A stretch of 64,000 nucleotides of DNA from Antedon mediterranea (GCF_964355755.1 NC_092675.1:22168912-22232911), one strand, 5' to 3'. Positions 39,735 to 52,992 are shown, numbered from the stretch's first letter. Notes: generated by a model from the letters alone, not told the origin. Numbers and translations are program-made.

Positions 39735-39830
39735 ATACAGCACCACATGGGATACTGTATTACGGAATACAGCACCACATGGGATACTGTATTACGGAAA
39801 ACAGCACCACATGGGATACTGTATTAAGGA
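39735..39830. repeat. 32-bp tandem repeat x3 (atacagcaccacatgggatactgtattacgga)
   Basis: Copies at 39735, 39767 and 39799. Confidence 0.95.
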
Positions 39831-40005
39831 ATGTTCCTATATTACTGGGAAAATAATGGTCACCCTTTCTGTCAAGATTATAAGCCTGAGACGTCAGCAA
39901 TCGTTAATTACCAAAGGAAAGTCAAATTTCCAGTTTATGGACGAACACTGTACATAATCTTGAATCTTTTATTTTTAATTTGTCGATTTTATGCGATCTT
40001 GACTT

Positions 40006-40020
40006 AATAAAACAAATAAA
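40006..40020 (+). terminator. Candidate polyadenylation signals for ZNG1 (two AATAAA)
   Basis: AATAAA at 40006 and 40015, about 1 kb after the stop codon. AATAAA is common in AT-rich DNA, so this is weak. Confidence 0.3.
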
Positions 40021-40354
40021 CAAATGTCAAATATCATTAAGGCTACATTATATAGAACGATAATATTTATTTTCTTACTACAGTGTTATTAACAACACAT
40101 AATCTTTCACGTTACCATAAATGGACGAAATCAAGAAGATAATTTATAAATAGACGTAAAATGTTAATTGTGTGGTTGTGTTTTACCAAGTCCCCGTTAA
40201 TCCAACTACTCGTTGAAACCGTATCATGTTCATTGAAGATCAACATTTTATTACAATAAATGGATATTTTTTTTTATCCCCACGAAATCGATAGTAGTAG
40301 AGTAGTAGTAGATCGTTAGTATATAAATATTATTTATTAAATAGAATATATTTA

Positions 40355-40690
40355 ATAACACCTAAATAAATTCCTGTGTTTGATTGGACGAATGTGGGTC
40401 ACATGGCGTGCAAGTACGCACTATTAAATAATATGCATTTTGGCCTTAAACACATGATTTACCACATTAAATTTGTCTTTTTTAGACCTCAAAATAATCT
40501 TATTTTAGTAAAAATGTTGTAATATTTCTCTGATTTAATCAACATATCATTATGGACTTATATATCGCCAACAATATCGTGTGTCAGTACAAATATAATG
40601 ATATGCATTGAGGCCAACACCTGATTTACCACAGTAATTTTCTATCTTTTTTTTTTTGACCCCGAAACAATCTTATTTTATTATAAATTG
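40355..40690 (+). repeat. Dispersed repeat followed by two diverged internal repeats of about 85 bp (40431-40513, 40602-40687)
   Basis: Matches 4825-4898. The atatgcatt..ggcc..aacac.tgatttaccaca..gacc..aatcttatttta block occurs twice. Confidence 0.7.
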
Positions 40691-41219
40691 AATCAACATC
40701 TTATTAAAAAGTATATCCTTTCTACTCCCATATGAACACTCTTACATAAAAAATAATCACAGTTAAAAGTAAAGAAGAGAAATGCGAGTTCACAATACAC
40801 CTTGCTTTTTGTTGGGTGGGGGGGGGGGGGATTGGGGATACAATGAGATTACATTATGTTATTCCATAATTATACTATATATTACATGGTGTCTTTCTTT
40901 AAGGACGCATTTAAAGATATATTCTATGAAAAAAAATTGTAATTTTGTTTCAATTCTCCAAAAATTGGATCGAAAAACCTGGTTAAATGTAACTGTTTAT
41001 TTCATCCAATACATTTTGAAAGTTCAGTCTCGAAAAAAGTTTTTGCTATGCATGGTGGCGCTGTTGTCAACAAGTAACCGGACAGTTTACTGCTATATGC
41101 TTTATCTTATTACGAACTCATGAATATCAAATGAATAGCACTGTTTGATTGTCCGCCTGTATCGATTTAGAATTTAAAAAAAAACCTTAGCGGTTGTCAT
41201 GCCTGGACTTAGCACCGTT

Positions 41220-41470
41220 TACGTAGTCTTTGTTTGATGAGCAAATCACCTAATTATCTAAAGGGGCGTTCCAGGCGGCGAAGTACTTTTGATATGGTAA
41301 TGAGGCGGACGAAAGGCCAGCTAATGGCTGAGCCTGTGCTCACGTGCTCTAGCCAAGTTCTAACTCTGACACATAAAGTGAAGATAGGAAGTTATCAAGC
41401 ATGCGACAGCCGCATTTATGTTGACTTCTCTCCGTTGATTAGAGTGGGTGGTAAACAGTCGAGATTTTCT
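41220..41470 (+). promoter_or_regulatory. Candidate FoxD proximal promoter
   Basis: Locally GC/CpG-richer. GC box-like aaggggcgtt at 41261, E-box CACGTG at 41341, TATA-like CATAAA at 41372, forkhead-type sites TGTTGAC at 41419 and GTAAACA at 41451. The transcription start cannot be determined from sequence. Confidence 0.5.
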
Positions 41471-41678
41471 TCTTCATTTTTATATGAACGAATTAAAACC
41501 TAGCTTGACATCTGATTGAAATTATATTTTGTCGGGTGTTCGTAACTTCTACTTGGGTTGAATTTTTTTATTTCCATAACTTCTGGGCTGGAACGAAACC
41601 GATTAATTTTCGCTTGTCGGACGTCCGGTAAACCATCTCTCAGAGGAAACTGACCAATTTGTCAGCTATCCGTAATTG

Positions 41679-42893
41679 ATGTTACCACAGGTACAAAATA
41701 GGAGCCCGAACGCATCGCCTGACTTACCAGACATGACTATCATTGTAACCGAGAGTGCAATGGATGAGGAGGCTAAGCCCCATACTCTAAGCCAAGATGG
41801 ACTTGCATTGGAGAGAAAAATAGATAACATTATCAATGATCATTCTATCGATTCACCCCATATAACAGTGGATGATGATTGTAGCGACAGTGAAGATTTC
41901 ATAACTTGTGAAAAATCAATCGACATGAAGGAAGACGAACTTGATAAAGAAATGAACGATGTAGAAGATTTTAAAGATGATGATGATATTGCTAAAGAAC
42001 GAGATAAGGACGAACAAAATACCGGAGACAAGAAAAAGTCGAACTTGGTGAAACCACCTTATTCATATATTGCTCTTATTACCATGGCTGTGTTACAGTC
42101 TCCACAGAAACGACTTACTTTAAGTGGAATTTGTGAGTTTATTATGAACAGATTCCCGTACTACAGAGAAAGATTTCCAGTTTGGCAAAACAGTATTCGG
42201 CATAATCTATCCTTAAACGACTGTTTTGTGAAGATACCAAGAGAACCAGGTAATCCTGGAAAGGGTAACTATTGGACCCTAGATCCAGCTAGTGAGGACA
42301 TGTTTGACAATGGATCTTTTTTGCGAAGGAGAAAACGTTACAAACGTCAACAACACGATATTATGTTAAGGGATCATCCGTTTATGACCCATCCATACGC
42401 TCATCACCTAGGCCTAGGTATTCACCACGGGATTTCACAACATCACCCCATGATGCCGTATCACTATATTTCACCTCTACCACCACCGGTCCCTCTACCT
42501 CTACCGCCTACATTAAGTGGTATTTCGCCGTTAACCATGAGTTTCTTGCCTGGTGCACCGTGTACAGTTGGTTTGCAGTCAGTACCTGGATCAACATTGA
42601 CAACAAATAGTAATAGTACCTCAGCCTCTCGACAGGGCTTTTCAATAGACAATTTACTTGGACTGAAAAAATCAACTTCGCAGTCATCATCATCTACAAC
42701 ATTATCGACGAATAGTGTAAATTTTGCGTTTCGTCCGCCTTCCAGCTTACATTCACCGCTTCGAGCTATAGGTAGCCCTCACGCTGCAAGCGCCTTTACA
42801 GCCCCTGTGAACTTTGCTTCAGATTTGGAGAAATGCAGGCAGTGTGTACAATGTACAGGCGGCGCTGCCTCGCTTTGTACGTGGAGATGTTAG
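41679..42893 (+). CDS. foxD: Forkhead box class D transcription factor, single exon (about 404 aa from ATG 41679; alternative start ATG 41733)
   Basis: Forkhead domain at about 42051-42346 ([101 protein letters not shown]) is diagnostic of FoxD. It has an acidic N-terminal region, a His/Pro-rich region and a C-terminal eh1 motif. The track start at 41676 is TTG; the first ATG is 41679. Confidence 0.98.
   Translation: MLPQVQNRSPNASPDLPDMTIIVTESAMDEEAKPHTLSQDGLALERKIDNIINDHSIDSPHITVDDDCSDSEDFITCEKSIDMKEDELDKEMNDVEDFKDDDDIAKERDKDEQNTGDKKKSNLVKPPYSYIALITMAVLQSPQKRLTLSGICEFIMNRFPYYRERFPVWQNSIRHNLSLNDCFVKIPREPGNPGKGNYWTLDPASEDMFDNGSFLRRRKRYKRQQHDIMLRDHPFMTHPYAHHLGLGIHHGISQHHPMMPYHYISPLPPPVPLPLPPTLSGISPLTMSFLPGAPCTVGLQSVPGSTLTTNSNSTSASRQGFSIDNLLGLKKSTSQSSSSTTLSTNSVNFAFRPPSSLHSPLRAIGSPHAASAFTAPVNFASDLEKCRQCVQCTGGAASLCTWRC
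42639..42662 (+). other. eh1 (Groucho/TLE-binding) motif FSIDNLLG within FoxD
   Basis: Matches the FxIxxIL eh1 consensus known from FoxD proteins. Confidence 0.9.
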
Positions 42894-43908
42894 TTGACAC
42901 ATCGCTAGACTTTAATTTAAGGCTTTCTGTCTGCTAAACGGCCCGAAGGACTTAAAAGCGAATTAAGCCAATAAATGTATTTTAGCCGGCCTAGAAAACA
43001 TTACAACTTGAACACTAGACCAAGTGTAAGACTTCTGTGCAACGCTTTGTATCTTATTATATGACAATTGACAACATTTCGTTGACATGGGATGGACTTT
43101 TTTCTCTGTGTAAGACGATAGCCACTATTGAGGCAAGTTTTAAACATTTTTTTAAAATTTTATTTTAACGATATTATTATATCGATAACAATAATGCACC
43201 GTAGATTTAACAATTATACAAATGTGTATATACTACCAGAACGAATATGTACTGTTCTTAATTATAAGTGACCCAAATTCAATACTCATTTCTAACAAAA
43301 GAACTAAATTGAAGATAGGAGAATAATTGAACAAAAAGTACCTTTTCTTGTTCTGGTGTTAATTTAAATCGAGTGTGTATATAACTAATGTTTAGGAATA
43401 GTTTTCAAAGGTCTTATTACACGAGGGAGCTTAGCTTCAATTTCGGGGACAAAAGGGAAACCAATTTTACTTACCTTTAAAATCAAACTTTACTATTAAT
43501 CGGCCAGTTTCTTTTAAAAGAATAAACACTTGTAAAATCGCAGGCCTGGATGCATTGATTGTCTACGCCGATTTGTATTATTATTCTCTGTCGCTTTTGG
43601 CAATATGTTGATTTAAATCATTTGAGCGTTAAAAGAAACATAATTACAAGTTAATTCTTATAACAATGTGTGATTTTTATCAACACAGGTAAGAAGTTTT
43701 CTAAATTTCAGTTTAAATTCCTCATTACAAAAGAGTGACTAACTAAACTTATTGAGTTCACTCATAATGACCAAACCAGACACTTTTCACTAATATCGGC
43801 AATGACAGTTATAGTGATAATGACGCCAGCATAGATTTAGAGGTTGTTTCAAAATTGTATAATAATTAATTAAATGTGTATTGTTTAAGTTAATGTTGTA
43901 AATGTTAA

Positions 43909-43914
43909 AATAAA
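43909..43914 (+). terminator. Candidate FoxD polyadenylation signal
   Basis: AATAAA after a UGUA/AU-rich stretch about 1 kb past the stop. Alternatives at 42970 and 43521. Confidence 0.3.
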
Positions 43915-44069
43915 AATATAATTGTTTATAAAGATTTATTTAAAGAAAGAACTCATGTTTATTAATCTTGAAACTGTTAGCTTCATAACTGTGCCTACCG
44001 TTTAAATATAACAATATAAAATAAATTGTGGTAAAAAATTATAACGTAACAATTAAAGGAATCTCTTAC

Positions 44070-44397
44070 AGATATATTGTCCCCTAAAAAGATAATTTTT
44101 AAACAATTTTTTTTTTGAATTTGCCATTTTAATATTACATAATAGTTATTCACTTGACCAATTTGAAGCGGAAAAAATATTTACATAAAAACTATACAAT
44201 TTACAGAAAATTATCAGACAACTGCTGTTGTTTGGTTAAATGTAAACATAACTTTATTCTGTCTTTTTCTAAGTGAAATCATTATTTGTGTTCGTTTTTT
44301 TTTCTGCGGAAGTTAATAACTTTATTAAAATACAAAATGGTCTATTCAAAATTGATTTTACTGATCGTTATTTTTCATGTTTTGGGGACTACATTTA
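44070..44397. mobile_element. Diverged full-length copy of the Kolobok-like MITE, opposite orientation to the 37470 copy
   Basis: agatatattgtcccc...ggggactacattt ends and shared internal blocks (gccattttaat, aatagttattcac, ctttattaaaa). Confidence 0.75.
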
Positions 44398-44451
44398 AAA
44401 GAAAATATTTACATTGTTTGCAATTGATTTTGCTTTCATGAGATTTAAATC

Positions 44452-44586
44452 TGACCTAAACCTTGTTAAATGTAATATTCATAATAGATTGTTTAAACAT
44501 GACCTAAACCTGGTTAAATGTTGTATTCATATAGATTGTTTTAACCTGACCTAAACCTGGTTAAATGTAATATTCATAGATTGTTT
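44452..44586. repeat. Tandem repeat of about 48 bp x3 (tgacctaaacctggttaaatgtaatattcat..agattgttt)
   Basis: Read directly from the sequence. Confidence 0.9.
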
Positions 44587-47500
44587 CACCCGAAAGTGAC
44601 TGAAACACAACATAATGTAAAGTCTGTATATATTTATTATTAACGAACGAGAAGTTTAGATTGTTCTTCAGAAATGTATCTGAAATGTTGTATTGGGCCT
44701 GTTATTAAATATTAAATTAATTATTTTTGTAATATTTGTTACTTGTCATAAACATGTTTATAATGTTCAACACATTTTTTCTTTGTATAATGTTGATTGA
44801 TGAGTTGATAATATTGTTCGTCATTTTGTGGATGCGCATTGTTTTTTTTTAAAGTGATAATGTTGCATCCCATTATGAATGTTGTAAAGTTTGTGCAATT
44901 ATTTTGACAAAAAACAAGTATTAATGATAGATGTAGTTTATGTAAAATGTATGTGTATCAGAAATGAAAATGTAGAGAAACATTCTTAGAATATAAGTTT
45001 CTATTGAAAAAAAAACACACTTGTTGTCTTTATTGAGTCGTTGTTGCTATCGGATTTAAATAGAATCGTAGAATTGTAGAATAGTAATAAGTCGGCTAAT
45101 AAGTTGGCCTATAAATATTTATAGTAATAATACAGTAATCTATCTCTTCCGTCCACTATGATAGTGCGTTTGTTTCTGTGAGTTAACTTTATAATGTTTT
45201 TCTATAAATTTACTCCAGAAAACAGACTCATGTGAAAACTACTCGGTATAAAATACATAATAAAAATCGTTTAAAACTTCAGCGAGGCTGTAATTTGAAA
45301 ATCTGAAACAGAAAATAGACCCACGTTATGTCAATGCAATTTTGAGAGCGAGCCACTTGTTTTTGACAGAATATTATACTTTGTAACAATGGATCGGCGG
45401 GTAAACGGTAAAACTATTGGGCATACTTAAATCTAAAAATATGATATGATGCTTGTACCTTGGTAATAATATCATCAATGGATGTAATGATATAAACTTT
45501 ACTAATGTGGTCAATACCTAAACGTTGCTGTGTTTGTAAGGCCTTAATACACTAGGAATATGTAGCCATATAATGCTTATAAAGGCACGCACTTAAATAA
45601 TACATTAGTATTCTCATACGTACGACTGAAAAGGTACCATAATATACGGTACATTTTAAATTTAGTTATATATAATATTCGTATTGATTCAAGGATCTGA
45701 ATTATATTTGTCACTTATATATGGTACTTTTCTGCGAAATGTGTCGCGGTGGTGTCATTTACCTCCCCACCCCCTCTCCTCACACAACGACCTGTAAACT
45801 GAAGATGATCATGCATAACTGTCAATGTTCAAGATACCCATACCCATATCAATTTATTTTATTCTAATTCATAATTATATGCTACACTACCTCACAATTA
45901 CCGAGATTAGGTCAAATTTGTACTTGTCATGCTAAACCTTCAAAGTATAGTGATTTTTAGAAACAGACTTATGGTTATTATAAATAGGATTTATCCTCTA
46001 TTAATACTGTGATATGATGGCGTACTATAAATAAAAAATAAGTAAACAATTACAATACTGTAAGGTTTCTTCCCTAAATAAACCTTTTTAATGAGAAACC
46101 ATAATTTCAAAATAAAAATAGGCCTTTCACATTCTCAAATTGGTTCGTGAGTGTTTTGTTGTACGATCAGCTATGCATTTATACTATACTGTAGTTGTTG
46201 TTTGCAGTGTGAACATGACTGGAGCAATCGCTTTCATAAAGATGTTGATTAAGAACCATTTCAGTAAATCGTAATACAACAAACTAATACAGATTTAGTC
46301 TCAATCCTTTATTTGCAAACAAATGACACCAGAAACATTACATTAATTACCAAGTGTAAAAACGATATGTCTACATGATTAAGGCATTTATTATCATGTT
46401 TTGTCTTTTTAAACATTAAGGTTTCGCATTGCTGTTAATACTAATGAATTTATGTGAATTAGAATGGGTGACGAGTGTCCGAGTAAAAACGTGCTAAATG
46501 CAGACGGCAGTACGATAATGAAAACACCGCCATCTCGGTATATTATCACCATTAGTATAAGTAAGAGTACATTTGTAGATTTCTTGTACAAGCGTAGATC
46601 TTACAACTTGTCAGTTTTGGTTATAAAAAGTAGTATTTATTCCATTAATATCCTTTCCAAAATATACCGTTATATCTGCTTTTATTAGTTTGAGTAAATA
46701 AGTGTGATGGTGTGTCAACTATATCCTTGCTTCGGTCACTTATGTAATAACGGATATAAATCTTGTAGTGTAAAATACACTTATAATCTGACATGTATTA
46801 TTTGTGAAGAAGATTTTTATTTTGCAGAATTTAAGTGTGATTACTTTATTAATATACTCCCGATACAACGAGCACAATTTTAGTATTCCAATCATCTCTC
46901 AGTAAAGAACAAAACTTCATCAAAATTAATATAATGTTGTAGGCCTGATATATCAGTTTGTCACATGTGCGTCGCTTCACCCGATACTCACATACGGTAC
47001 TATAATGTTCAGAGATAGTAGACTGCGGGAATCTCCAATTTCTTGTCTCCTACGTATACAACATTTCTCCCGCCATACATTTCCAAACGATTTGTCTCTG
47101 CTTTTCGGCAATTTCGTACCACATTTTTTCAACAGAATATTTAGTAACAATATGATAAAAATCAAACAAGTTGAACTTAGTCAGTTACTATTATACTCAT
47201 GGTTTATGTTACTTTAGATACTGTGATACATTGTCAATACAGTACTATATATAAGGCGATGCTTAATTAGTTATCATGATGCATTCAAAGTAGGTCTAGT
47301 GTATACGCGGAAAAAATAAAGAAATAAATAAAAATAAATAATTGGTTATAATAGTGACTAAATAATGAACATTCAAATATAAAATAAGACTATCTACTTT
47401 TTTTATTTAACAAAATTTACGATGAAAATAATTAACTACAAGCGCCTGTAAATAATAGAGGGCAGTGAAACAATAAAGTGGTATTTTAAAAGTTTAATTG

Positions 47501-48944
47501 GCCTATGAATATACTGTAATGTCGCCGTTTCTATAGTAAGTAAGTAACATTATGAATGAAACAAACAAAATGTGTGAAATAGACCTATAGTAACAATTTT
47601 TCACGAATTATTTTATTTCATAGAATAATATACATGTTCATATGCAGAACAAATAAAGTGTTTTGAGTTTTAAAGTTAATAATCTTCTTGATTTACTATG
47701 GAGATTGAATTGATTAGGAATTTATTCTCTACGGGTTATAGTTACAACATTATTATCAATATAAAGGCGAAACAAGTCACAATTCGCTAAAGATACCTCG
47801 CATTGGGCCTATCAGGCTTAGCTAATTTTTGGGGTTAAGTTGGTTTAATGGCGGGTAGAACTTACCGGGTAAATAGCAACGCCTGAACTGGTACGATGGT
47901 TATAAATATGCAGTTCGGTACATAATAATATGCATATGAATGCATACACTCGTTTTATATAGGTAATGAGTTATAAAAAATAGATGCACTTGATGTATAC
48001 GATCGCACTGTCTGTATTCTATGTAAACGGAATCAGTATAGTAAACTATAGCAAACAACCAATGTTTGCACAGTTCGTGTTTGCATTATACCTAGACAGT
48101 GTATAAATGTAGCAATTATCAAAGCCAGGTAAGTGGTATAAACCCTTTGAAGATGCCGCTTAACATTTATATTACAGAAGAAAACTTTCATATTTAACAA
48201 ATATTTGTATTTCAACGTATGTTTTTAAGAGATATTTTATTTTATGTTTTAGTAAGAGCATCGTATCACGCACGACTGAGAAAAAGTTGTTTATGAAATT
48301 GAAGGATGAATAGTTCAAATGTTCAAGAGTGAGTCAGTATATAATAAAAGGGTAACACATTCGTTATCTTATCAACTATATATTGTAATGTAAATGTTAT
48401 CGTTTGTTGATCTCTAATTTTCTGTATTGACAGGATTAATTTATTAGAATAGGAATCCAGAATTTCGTTTGTCTTATTCTTAAGATAAACATACTTACAG
48501 ATAGTGATATTATGTTACTGTATGCAGTATTGATTCTGGTTAACATACTGAGCTTACAGGGTCCTGATAACAAACCGTACTTATAAATGAAATACGGTAA
48601 CGGATTAAGATGCGGGAATAAAATTACTCAGTAACACCATGGAATATAATATTCTCACTATTCCACTATATCATGTAAAAATGTGTGTGTAAATCAATCA
48701 AAGAATATCCCGTGTGTTTCCCAATGTAACACACTTACGTATTCTGTTTTTCCCGCCATTTGGAACAATATCACACTTCATATTCGTAACTTTAATTTAA
48801 ATTAGCAACCTATATAACATTTATTCTGAAACTAAAAATTGACCCTTGTTATAAGTATGTATGCATTATTCAATCCAACTTTATGTCAATGATCATATAA
48901 AAGAAAAGATATACTAAAACTATAAACCGACCAGTGAAGATAAA

Positions 48945-48981
48945 AGTCCCCTCGACCGAGAATCGAACTCGACCTCTCCTG
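48945..48981 (-). mobile_element. tRNA-derived fragment (T-arm/B-box), probable SINE or tRNA pseudogene remnant
   Basis: The minus strand reads tcgag-TTCGATT-ctcgg-tcgagggga: a 5-bp T stem, a 7-nt T loop and an acceptor-like strand. No A-box or D-arm is visible. Confidence 0.5.
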
Positions 48982-51900
48982 TTTTTATTATGTGGAATAT
49001 CCATAAATGTCATATTAGATATAATAGGCCTAGACCAACTTCGAATTTTTAAAGGTAAGCAACTTTGAACATTCTGTTTGTATTTGCAGAAAGAATGTTA
49101 ATATATTTATCTTTTGATAACATCTTGCAGTTTTATTAAAACAATCCAAGAGGGGTATATTTACTTTTGTGCTTGTTTGAAAAAAAAACTGCAATATATG
49201 TCAAGCATTGTCAACAGTTTATTGAGCAAAGATTTGCGTTTAAAGTTGTAAATTTCGTTTGATGCTATTCAGCCCATGTCCTGACCCGTGAATCAGATGA
49301 GTATGGCACTATAAAAGGATAAAAATGGCGCTGGGGTTCAACAAGAAGGTCATAGAACCATCTATCGATGTCGCTCTCACACAGTATGCTTATCTACAGT
49401 GCCAAAAAAGAAAAACAACCATTCATAACGAAATGTGCATAGAATCATAAAACCAACAATATTATCATTCTGTTTTTAGTCCTTTAGGCCTATTTAGGTC
49501 GTACATCAGAGATGTGTCTGACTGGTTTGATGACTCTATTAATGTCTTGATCATAATCTGTGTAGTCCAAGATGTGATGCATTTAGGTACAGTTGAAATC
49601 GATATGTGCAGATTTTTTATAACTGCCTTTCTTGATAAACTTATGAAATTATACGCTGGAATTCGCCTTTTCCAGGCCGGTCTATGAACCTTTAAGACAA
49701 ACGCGGTAATACCTGTATTTTGTACACTAACGCACACGTTTGGAGAGTGTTTTGGGTCGGTTTACCCTTTGAATGTTTAGGCCTGCTAAAGCTGAAAATC
49801 GTTTCGTTGTGAGAATTCATCTTAAGAGATCGAGGAGATACGTAACGAGCATTTGTACATGGCATTTACTTTAATGCTAACGATAATTCCCCCATTTTTG
49901 TGAAAACCACAACATTACAAATCAACGTAAATAATTACTTAAAGAAATTTAATGTTTTTGTTAGAAGCGTCGGTAACTTTAGTTCTTTGTTTTTATTGTT
50001 TACATTTTATTTTTCACAAAAGTTGAACTTTGAATAAACTCGCATGAGATTCTAGGCTATATAATCTAACCAATCGTACCAAATGTTACCATTCATAATG
50101 GGTGTGGTAGTCCCTAATGTTATAAAATGTAATCGTCATGTTTTGAGGCTAGCCTATTTAATAAAATTTATTTCTCTCAAGATTTTACTCCCTTTTTTAA
50201 AAGTTTTTTAACATTTGTATTTATCTGCATCTCCTTTTGATTGTGATGTAGGCCTATCAGATTTTAACCATTTAATGATATTGACAAGATTACTGTATAC
50301 CTATGTCGGTGTTTGTGTTTTATATTGTTTATACTTTGAATTAATCTGTAATAAAACTAAACTAAATAACTAAATAACAAGTTTTTTTTTCATTGTGAAA
50401 TAAAAACGAATGAATGAATGAATATAAATACCAAATAAAATATATTATTCTATTGTGTGTCTGAAATGCTTATTTTTTTAAAGAAATATTTGAATGTTCT
50501 GTTGTTTTAAAAGCGATAGCAGTAGTGTAATACATGTCTATGTGAATAACGGTTTTCATTATACAGTATTTTAACTGACTTTGAACGAAACAAACTCTAG
50601 TAATCAAAGGTGTGTGGTGCAAAATGTGTAAGACGATGGTATACAAACGAATAGAATGTCAAAGTACATGGTAATAGTCGGTCTTATCAATCTATCACGA
50701 ATATAATATCTGATAAATAATCTTTGATATATCTTTATAGAATAAAATTTTATAGAGATGTAATTTTATCCATCAACGATTTTTGTATTGTGTTGAATTC
50801 TGCGCTTAATTTCAATATAATGTAAATATTACCAATAGTTTTCTTTAAATGAAATTCTTGGAGAAGATTAGTTCAGGCAACTGATCCGTGAATAATTTAA
50901 TAGTGAATACCAACTCGTTTGTTTTCTTAACTCTCCTTATCGTTTCATCTGGATTTGGTGTTGTTACAATGGGAACTATTAATCTAGAACCAAAGATATA
51001 GCAAGTACAAATGTACGTTTATTTTAAAGAATTTATCTTAATTGTAGAAAACTTAACACTCTTGATTTGAGATTAGCAGAGAAATGCCAAAAGATGTGTC
51101 CTTAAACCAACGAAAACAATTGCAGTCAAGTTTTATTTCATCCTACTGTAGATTTACCTTTCTTTATTTATAATTTTACTATTCGTTTGCTTAAATATTC
51201 TTTTATCTAAGATGTTTATCTGTCGAAAATGATTAAAACTAAGTATACTGTATGAATGTATTCACCCGCGCATTTCAAGTGGTGTGTCTATCCAATATAT
51301 CTAGTAAAATGTTTTGTACTTGTATGTTTTAGGCCTAAATAATCAATCGTCCGTATTGTTATTTCTACCAAATGTTAACGAACATTTTTCTTTTTTTTTA
51401 TTAGGTGATTGTTGTCACAATTATTTATTTTGTTTACATGTTTGTTTGTTGAAATGAAATAAATAAATAATCTTCTATGATTATAAGTTTCTTATATCAT
51501 GGAGGAAAAAATAAAATCATGGATGAATGAATTTGAACCATGGTTTAATTCTCCATGGTTTAACATTACACTCAACTTGACATCTTAACTGTCTATTCGC
51601 CCGACCCGTCTTCTGTTGCAAGGTCAATCTAACTGTGACTTACTAATATTCCGTGTGTAATTTTAGGCATCGTGTTTATATATAAATATTAATGTTTAAA
51701 CGGTAAAATTTATACATATTATTATACCAAAGCATTAATGTGTAGTTTTTTTTTCTCTTTTTTAGGTGTGTCCTACATTTATTACTTCTTATAATGTTTA
51801 CACAGGGTTATGATGACCAAAATAATACATTTAACATTGAATTCTCCGCAAACGCGTTTGATTTTGTTTCAATTAATTCAAAAAATGGTAGGAACGGCTA

Positions 51901-52841
51901 AATGAAAATGGTCAAAAGCAAACACTATGTTCTAAGAGTTAATTTTGTTTAGGCCTATGTTTCTTTCTTCTTTGTTTAGGACTTAAACTATATATAAATA
52001 AGTTTCTATGTAACTTTGTACAATTCAGATATTTTATTATAACATTTCATTTCATTTATTTTATTAAAATAACAAGTAAACTGTTTTTTCCCATTAATCT
52101 ACAATCCAATTAATCTAATCTGTGTTATACGGTATCATAACGAAATCCAATATATTGTTATAACCATGTTTTTCGTAAAAAGTTGTTGTTTTTCTTTCAA
52201 ATTGTTCAATTGTTTATAATAGAAAAAAAAAGTATAAAATCAAATTCTAAAAAAAAAAAATGTTATTCTATAATTATGGTAAACAGATTAATACAAACTA
52301 CCCCGAATTTTAGATTCAAATGTCAAAAACTGAAATCAGCTTAAATTATTAGTACTGTTTTTAATAATTATTATATCAATTTAAACAAACATTGAAATCA
52401 TGTATTGTTTTCTATAACTATATTGATACAATAATTTGTTTCCTTAACCACTATGAAACGTTATTAAGCAAAATTTTCTGTTGAAATGTTGTTTCTGATT
52501 TCAAGCTAAAAAAGGTATTGCCCAGATAATTGAATCCTTTTCCTGCCGACATGTACTTTTCGACATTTTGAAATAACCATTTTACTTATCATGCATTTCA
52601 ACAAGATATCACATGAGTCAGATGTATTTATTAATTTATGTTTAGCGGTAAATATTTGCCTTATTATAGGACCTAATTATTATTAGACATTTCCGCCTGT
52701 TTTAAGTGTTGTTTCTTTGACTTTACCAAACCAATTTCATTCAGACTTACATCATGACGCTAAACGTAGTTAAGGTTGAAAGATATCATAAACATCATAC
52801 TAAAATGCTCAGTCATATAGAGGCAGACACTATCAAATTAA

Positions 52842-52992
52842 TGTAGTGTCTATAGACATTTTGTGTAGTGTCTAGATATCTTGTGTAGTGTCTATAGACA
52901 TTTTGTGTAGTGTTTATAGATATTTTGTGTAGTGTCTATAGATATTTTGTGTAGTGTCTGTAGAAATTTTGTATAGTGTCTATAGAAATGTT
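52842..52992. repeat. Minisatellite of about 22 bp x7 (tgtagtgtctatagacattttg)
   Basis: Read directly from the sequence. Confidence 0.95.

Noticed and set aside
41234-41503. 89-aa ORF upstream of FoxD, and antisense ORFs inside FoxD
   Set aside because: No recognisable domain. They are explained by promoter GC content and antisense shadows of the real CDS.
48945-48981. Functional tRNA gene
   Set aside because: Only the T-arm and 3' strand are present; no cloverleaf can be formed.
51498-51557. catggagga...ttctccatg possible mini-element
   Set aside because: The inverted repeat is short and imperfect and has no matching target duplication.
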